A stretch of 64,000 nt of DNA from Curvularia clavata (Eukaryota): assembly GCA_023920165.1 (NCBI GenBank), contig CP089274.1:4526001-4590000 (forward strand), read 5' to 3'. A program made the translations under genes and the position numbers. The notes below the pieces were generated by a model. It was not told where the DNA came from, ran no database searches, and saw only the letters and a program-made list of their open reading frames with translations. Numbering within the stretch: position 1 is the first letter of the stretch; each line of letters starts with the position of its first letter. Below are positions 58,875 to 64,000 of the stretch, piece by piece.

Positions 58875-60171
58875 TGTCCACTCAAAATCGTCGCTGAAAG
58901 AGAAATCGGGTATTGGGACGTATTCGTAAGCTATGCGATCCTGAGGTGGGTGGGTACGTTGATTGGAAGCGGTGGGTGCGAGGATGTGATGCGATAGTTT
59001 TAGTGGGATCGTGACGCGACGCGTTGCAGTCTGAGCGTGGGTATGGCTTGAGCAGCGTACAACCCTGCAACGCCGCCTGTGTGCTGGATATTGCAAATCG
59101 TCATAAATAATATTTGGCATAAAAGATAATATTTACTATAAATAATTGTCCCCCTATATATAAATGTCCGAGTTACTTGCATTTTATGCCCATTTAGGTA
59201 GGGGTTCAACAGTCCAAATAATTGATTCTCGTCTTCTAGAATTCTATTGGGGTATCATGCCGATTGTAGTACAGCACGAGATGGCTCAGGATAAGTGATG
59301 AGCAAAGAGTCCTATTCTCACGAGACGAACCACTAGTGAACTACTCTAGTGATTGTCCACTATTCATGTATAAAACTAGCCGCAGGATTAGCCTTAACTG
59401 GCCGAGTCTTGACACTGGCCTAATAGGTAAACTAAACGGCCTTTTCTAAGGATTATGATTAGAATTCATGTCGGGCAGCCATCACTGCCCCACTATGTGA
59501 TATATACAGATGCCGGTTCTTCGGCACGGTATCTTGGAATATGTCCTGGGGATCAATCTAATATCTGTAACAATACTCGCTCTTGGTCAACGGTAATTTT
59601 CAGCTGTGAAGCTAAATGCCTAGTATCCAGCGCTTTTGGTGATTAGATGGTGTCTATGTATACACCAAAGTCATTCCTACCTCGTAGGTTGTTAGTTGTA
59701 AGAGTTAGTTGATAAACCCAAGCGGTAACTTTACTTGGGATTTTCCTTTAGAAGTACCACCCTGAGGGTCTACGAGGTAGCATGTTCGTATGCTATCTAT
59801 ACTTGATTGCCAGACGGTACCCATAAATCATGAGTACGGTATAGACGCACGTCATTTCTTCCACAGCTTAACACAAGAAATCCGGTCTAAAAAACGAACT
59901 TCTCTACAAGATTTGAAACTCTTCTGCTCTATAGTCAGTACGCAGTATCACTACTCTTATCTGATATAGAAGACGATGCACTTCCGACAAACTCGTTCCT
60001 TCAGTACCCGTTCAGCGCACGTGAAAGCACAGCAAGACAAACCAAGAGCAAAACGAACCCAGATGTCTTACTACGTATTCCTACGTCAGTCCCATCTTCA
60101 AGCACATGAAACCCAACCAAACAACCCCGCCTGTCATAACCCCACCACCCAGGGCAAGCGCGGCTAGTCGC

Positions 60172-60185
60172 GGGTGACGTCACCC
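60172..60185. promoter_or_regulatory. Full CRE (TGACGTCA) inside a 14-bp palindrome
   Basis: GGGTGACGTCACCC about 270 bp upstream of the I78-like gene. Confidence 0.55.
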
Positions 60186-60451
60186 CACCAGCCCACCAGG
60201 ACAACCCACGCACCCTATCTCTGCCGCCTAGTCTACGCTCAAACAGCCAAGTTTGGACCTTCCAAAACAAGTCGTTGAAGAACAAGGGTACCAAACTACT
60301 CTGTTGCATAAGTAGCCTTTACCTCTTCTTCTCCCCACTTCAACTTTCCACTCCCTCGAACAACCACCTCGTTTGCAGAACGAATACAACTACGCTGTCC
60401 CTCCGTACCCTACTCTCTAGAAGACTTTACACGACTTGTCCAAAAGACAAA

Positions 60452-60850
60452 ATGCCTCTCGTAGTCCCCGGCGTCCAGTCTACAGGCGGTGGCTCAAAGG
60501 AAGAATGGATGAACAAGCTTATGGGCAAGAAGATTGGAGATCAGCATGATGAGGTGGTGAGTTCCTGTCCTCGGTTTCCCTTGTTCCATTTCTCTTACCC
60601 TTTACCCCATCTTCCCTCCCCCCCCTTTCACTCGCTCGCACACCATCTTCTACGCTGCCCCACACGGTTCTCTCCATTGCATGATAGACTTTGCTAACGC
60701 TCAGCTACCCAGACATTTGCCAAAACCGATCTCCCTCAGGAACACCGCGTGCTCAAGCCAGGCATGATGAAGACGATGGACTTCAAGCCCGACAGGCTGA
60801 ACATTCACGTTGATGATGATGGCACGGTTAAGGAGGTTACCCATGGTTAG
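60452..60850 (+). CDS. Small peptidase-inhibitor I78-like protein, 80 aa; intron 60557-60712
   Basis: MPLVVPG...EWMNKLMGKKI....EV|TFAKTDLP..HRVLKPGMMKTMDFKPDRLNIHVDDDGTV..V..G*. The T.D..P.RLN..VD..G.V pattern is typical of the I78/potato-inhibitor-like fold. Confidence 0.85.
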
Positions 60851-61419
60851 ATATGAAAGTATCGGTGGGACGCTAGGCAGGATATAACACTAGTAATGAA
60901 TGGAGTTTATACAGCCAAGGGAAACATAGACATGATTGTTGTTCCTGAATACGATGCAGTCTACATGTGCAGAAGTGAATGTCGCAATCATATAATGAAT
61001 GTTCCCATAGGAAAAAAAAACGAAGCAGCGAGACAAGAAAAGACAAAGCGCTGTCCAGCTTCACTCTGCTCATTTTGCCCCCCAGCTTGTTTTTTTACCT
61101 TATCTGCATGTGGCCACTCTGACGAAGAAAAAAAAAAGCCAAACGCCCCCCCTTTGCTACCATATACTACATTGAACCAACATGGACAAACAAGTATAAA
61201 CACTCGAAGAGGAAATACAGAATAAAGGTGGCGACTAAATCCCACTCCCGCTTTTTTCCGTTTCTCCATTGCACCTCCATATCTTGGCAAGCCTCGTATC
61301 CTTCAGCCTTACCACGCACGGTCACCCTCCGCTCCCTAAAAACTTACACTATCGCCACTGTGGAGACGGGAGACCAAGGGGAGAAAAAAAAGCTTATTGT
61401 AACGTCCCTTCCCGTCTTG

Positions 61420-63658
61420 TCACGCCTTCGTCCTCTTCCTCGCGACCTGCGCTTCATCTTTTTTATCCAGCGCGTCCACAATATCCGTCATTTTGAGCAT
61501 TGTAGCGTGCATGGCTTGCGGGTGCTCGAAGCACAGCATGATGCATGCGCGGATAGTGAGAGCGGAGTAGTATCGGCGGATGAGCTTGTCCTTTTCATGG
61601 TGGCTGGCGGCGCCCATGACGAGGCCGATCCAGAGGAGAATGCCGGCGAGGTCGCCCCAGCAGTCGGAGAGATTGGATTTTTCGAGTGCGTCGCGCACGT
61701 CCGAGAGGGTCGTGTAGCAGCGGGAATGGCTGGCTGAGGAGGATGCTGAGGAGAAGGAGGGGTAGTGGGAGCGTGTTGAGGCGTCAGAGGGTCGGTGGGT
61801 AAAGGGGAAGCCAGGTTGTTGTGTCGATTGGCCGAAGTTGAATGAGCCACGGAATGATGGGCTCGTCGAGTATTCGGTATCGGGTGTGCTGTATGTCATG
61901 TCGAGGGGTGAAGGGAGAGACTCGCTGGAATGTGAGGCCAGCGACGATGCGTAGACTGTTGATGGTTTTCTCGTTGGACATGCATGTACAATGGCATCTG
62001 ACAGCTTGGTCCGATGGTTCATTGCGTGTGCTAGGACGACAGCAGTTATGCGTATCGCTTCGTATTTCCAGTCTTCTGCTGTAAGCACAGTATCCCTGGG
62101 CATTTGATGTATGGTTGGGTATTGGGCAATGTGGCTAAACATGCCCGCGAGCTTGTCCGGGTTCCGCCGGGGGTTCCTCGACTCCTTGAGGAACTCAGCA
62201 ATCATTGCTCGCATTTCATTTACGAGCTTCAGTGTGTTGGGCTGGTACTCGACTGATCTTGATCTTTCAATCGTCACATATTTTCCACGAGGACAGTATA
62301 GCGGAGACTCTGGTACAGTGGCGTTAGGCGGGTACTCTTTTGTCGAATTGGCGATGCAGTATTCGACATACATTAGTGTTGGTGTCGATTCGCGTAGGAC
62401 GGCAGTGGCGAGGTGTGCCCAGGAGACTGCAGATGCGAGAAGACCGTTCATGCCCAATTTGTTCAGCCCACCACGCTGCCTGATCATTCTCTCAATACCG
62501 ACTTGGTGAAAAGTCAGACTTGTTTCTGTCCTGCCAATGACTTCGCCAAGGATAAGCTGGCTGACTGCAATGATGTTGGCATCATCCACCATTTTGTCAG
62601 GATCGGTCAGGTTCCCTCCGACAAGATGAATGATATCCTGACGCAATGCTGCCGTTTCAAGGCTCTCAACTTCGCGCTGCATGATGACATCCTCATGTAT
62701 AGCTGCCATGAACAGGGTACTGAGAAAAGTGTGGGGATGGTCAAGACACTTTGGAATCCATAGCCTCCCGAGACTTCGTGTTCCAAAGTAGGTTCGGCAG
62801 TGGTGCTTCAGTTTCACGACCGAAACTCGTGGATTGTTGGACTGGAACATGGTCCGGAAGGGATCCAGGGACTCGCCTATGGATACCAAGGGCGGCATGT
62901 TGTGGTGGTCAAACGGATAGTTGATGTCCGGCATTATGGGCACAACTATGGGGGCTTGGGGGATAGTGGACTGTAATGACCTTCGGGCTACCCGGGTATC
63001 AGAAACTGGTGGGCTATATTCTAGGGTCTGTGGTGTTGAAGATGTGTTGGGCGGAGTTGACTTGTTGGCGTTGTTGGTGCTCTTCTTTCTGGGTTGGCGA
63101 CTTTGCGACTCTCCACCTGACTGGGGGGATGCTGCGGAACCCTCACTACCCGCCCTTGACTTTGCATTCTCCTTGCTTTTTTCCGTCTTTAGATAACTGA
63201 CCATGGCAGTTTTGCGCACCTTGTGCATGGTGTCTCTGGACTTGAAGTCAGCGGGCGTGCCGCCGACGATCCAACACAGGCCCTCATTTTTGGGCGGTGC
63301 TTCAGTCGGCGAGACGCTCGATGTCTTTCGCGGACGCAATGCTACAGCACATGGTGTCAGTGTATGCGAGCACAGAAGAGACGACTAGGAGGCATGTGGG
63401 CGTGGCTGGTGCAGCATCGACCAGCCATGTCGGGTGGCTGCGGCAGGCCCTGGTGGAGGTCGGGCTAGGCGGCGTGTGGAGTACACAGATGTTCAGACGA
63501 AGAGAGCTTCGCTTACATTTTGAATCGGAGCGTGGCGACATCGGGGAGTAATGTGAGGTGGTGTCAGAGTCAACGGTGGATGCAGGTGAGGGATAGGCGA
63601 AATGCAAGGGAGGAAGGGTGGCGGCAAAGAAGGAGAGCTCAGCAGGAGGGGCAGTCAT
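61420..63658 (-). CDS. Fungal-specific transcription-factor-domain protein without a Zn2Cys6 cluster; intron 63342-63516
   Basis: WIVG.TP.DFK.......VRK.AM..YL, LDPF, FH..GI..MI..RGGL..LG..G.L, YEAIRITA, W....GILLWI.LV. The upstream exon joins via T|GTAAGC...ACTGAC...TAG. Start codon uncertain. Confidence 0.78.
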
Positions 63659-64000
63659 TGTTGTCGACGGACTAGCTCGATGCTTCAAGGGGGTTCGCCC
63701 AGCACAATCAAGTCGACGAGATGTTGCAGACAAACGGACCATGCCTCGATCGGAACCAGCACAGGAGTAGTGGATCCGCACGAGGAGCGAGGAGATCGGT
63801 CAGATTCCAGGTAGGGCTGAGAGGATGGGGGCCATATGCATATATAGGCGGCCTGGTGCTGGTCCTGGTCCTGGAGGATGCGTGCAGGTGTGTGGGTGTG
63901 TGCCTTGCCCGTCAGGCTGAGCCCGCGCTGCACTCGCCGCGCACCTCGAGGCGGTCTAACAGTCGCCCTTGGTCGCACCGTCGCGCGGCCAGCACGCAGG

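Noticed and set aside
1..64000. Transposons, PKS/NRPS backbone genes, rRNA, CRISPR arrays, repeat-type RiPP precursor near the HDO
   Set aside because: No transposase, reverse transcriptase or integrase motifs, LTRs or TIRs, megasynthase domains, spaced repeats or KR-delimited core repeats were seen by eye.

Overview
Gene-dense eukaryotic DNA from a filamentous ascomycete: short spliceosomal introns with CTRAC/CTAAC branch points, and a gene set that looks Dothideomycete/Pleosporales-like (taxon is inference). I reconstructed about 30 protein-coding genes by hand, plus one intron-containing tRNA-Ser(GCT). Most are housekeeping genes: verprolin, Tma17-like, TilS, Hsp10, cyclin C, Sal1, Syn8, Dpb4, Het-C. 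About 7-16.5 kb is an accessory-looking enzyme block: GH62, a heme-oxygenase-like diiron oxidase (HDO), an NPPY methyltransferase, a phosphoesterase and a multicopper oxidase. The best candidate for an undescribed system is the head-to-head HDO + HemK-like methyltransferase pair (8396-12415). As I recall, both families are also neighbours in proteobacterial operons, which needs a search to confirm. The methyltransferase is complete only if a GC-AG intron is spliced, so the ORF track shows it truncated. Other points: an in-frame stop-free 255-nt intron in SAL1, an 8-nt micro-exon in het-C, ATG-only first exons, a perfect heat-shock element between tilS and HSP10, and CRE/M26 sites. No intact transposon, PKS/NRPS, rRNA or CRISPR was seen. 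Family calls rest on motif recognition only; no searches were run.
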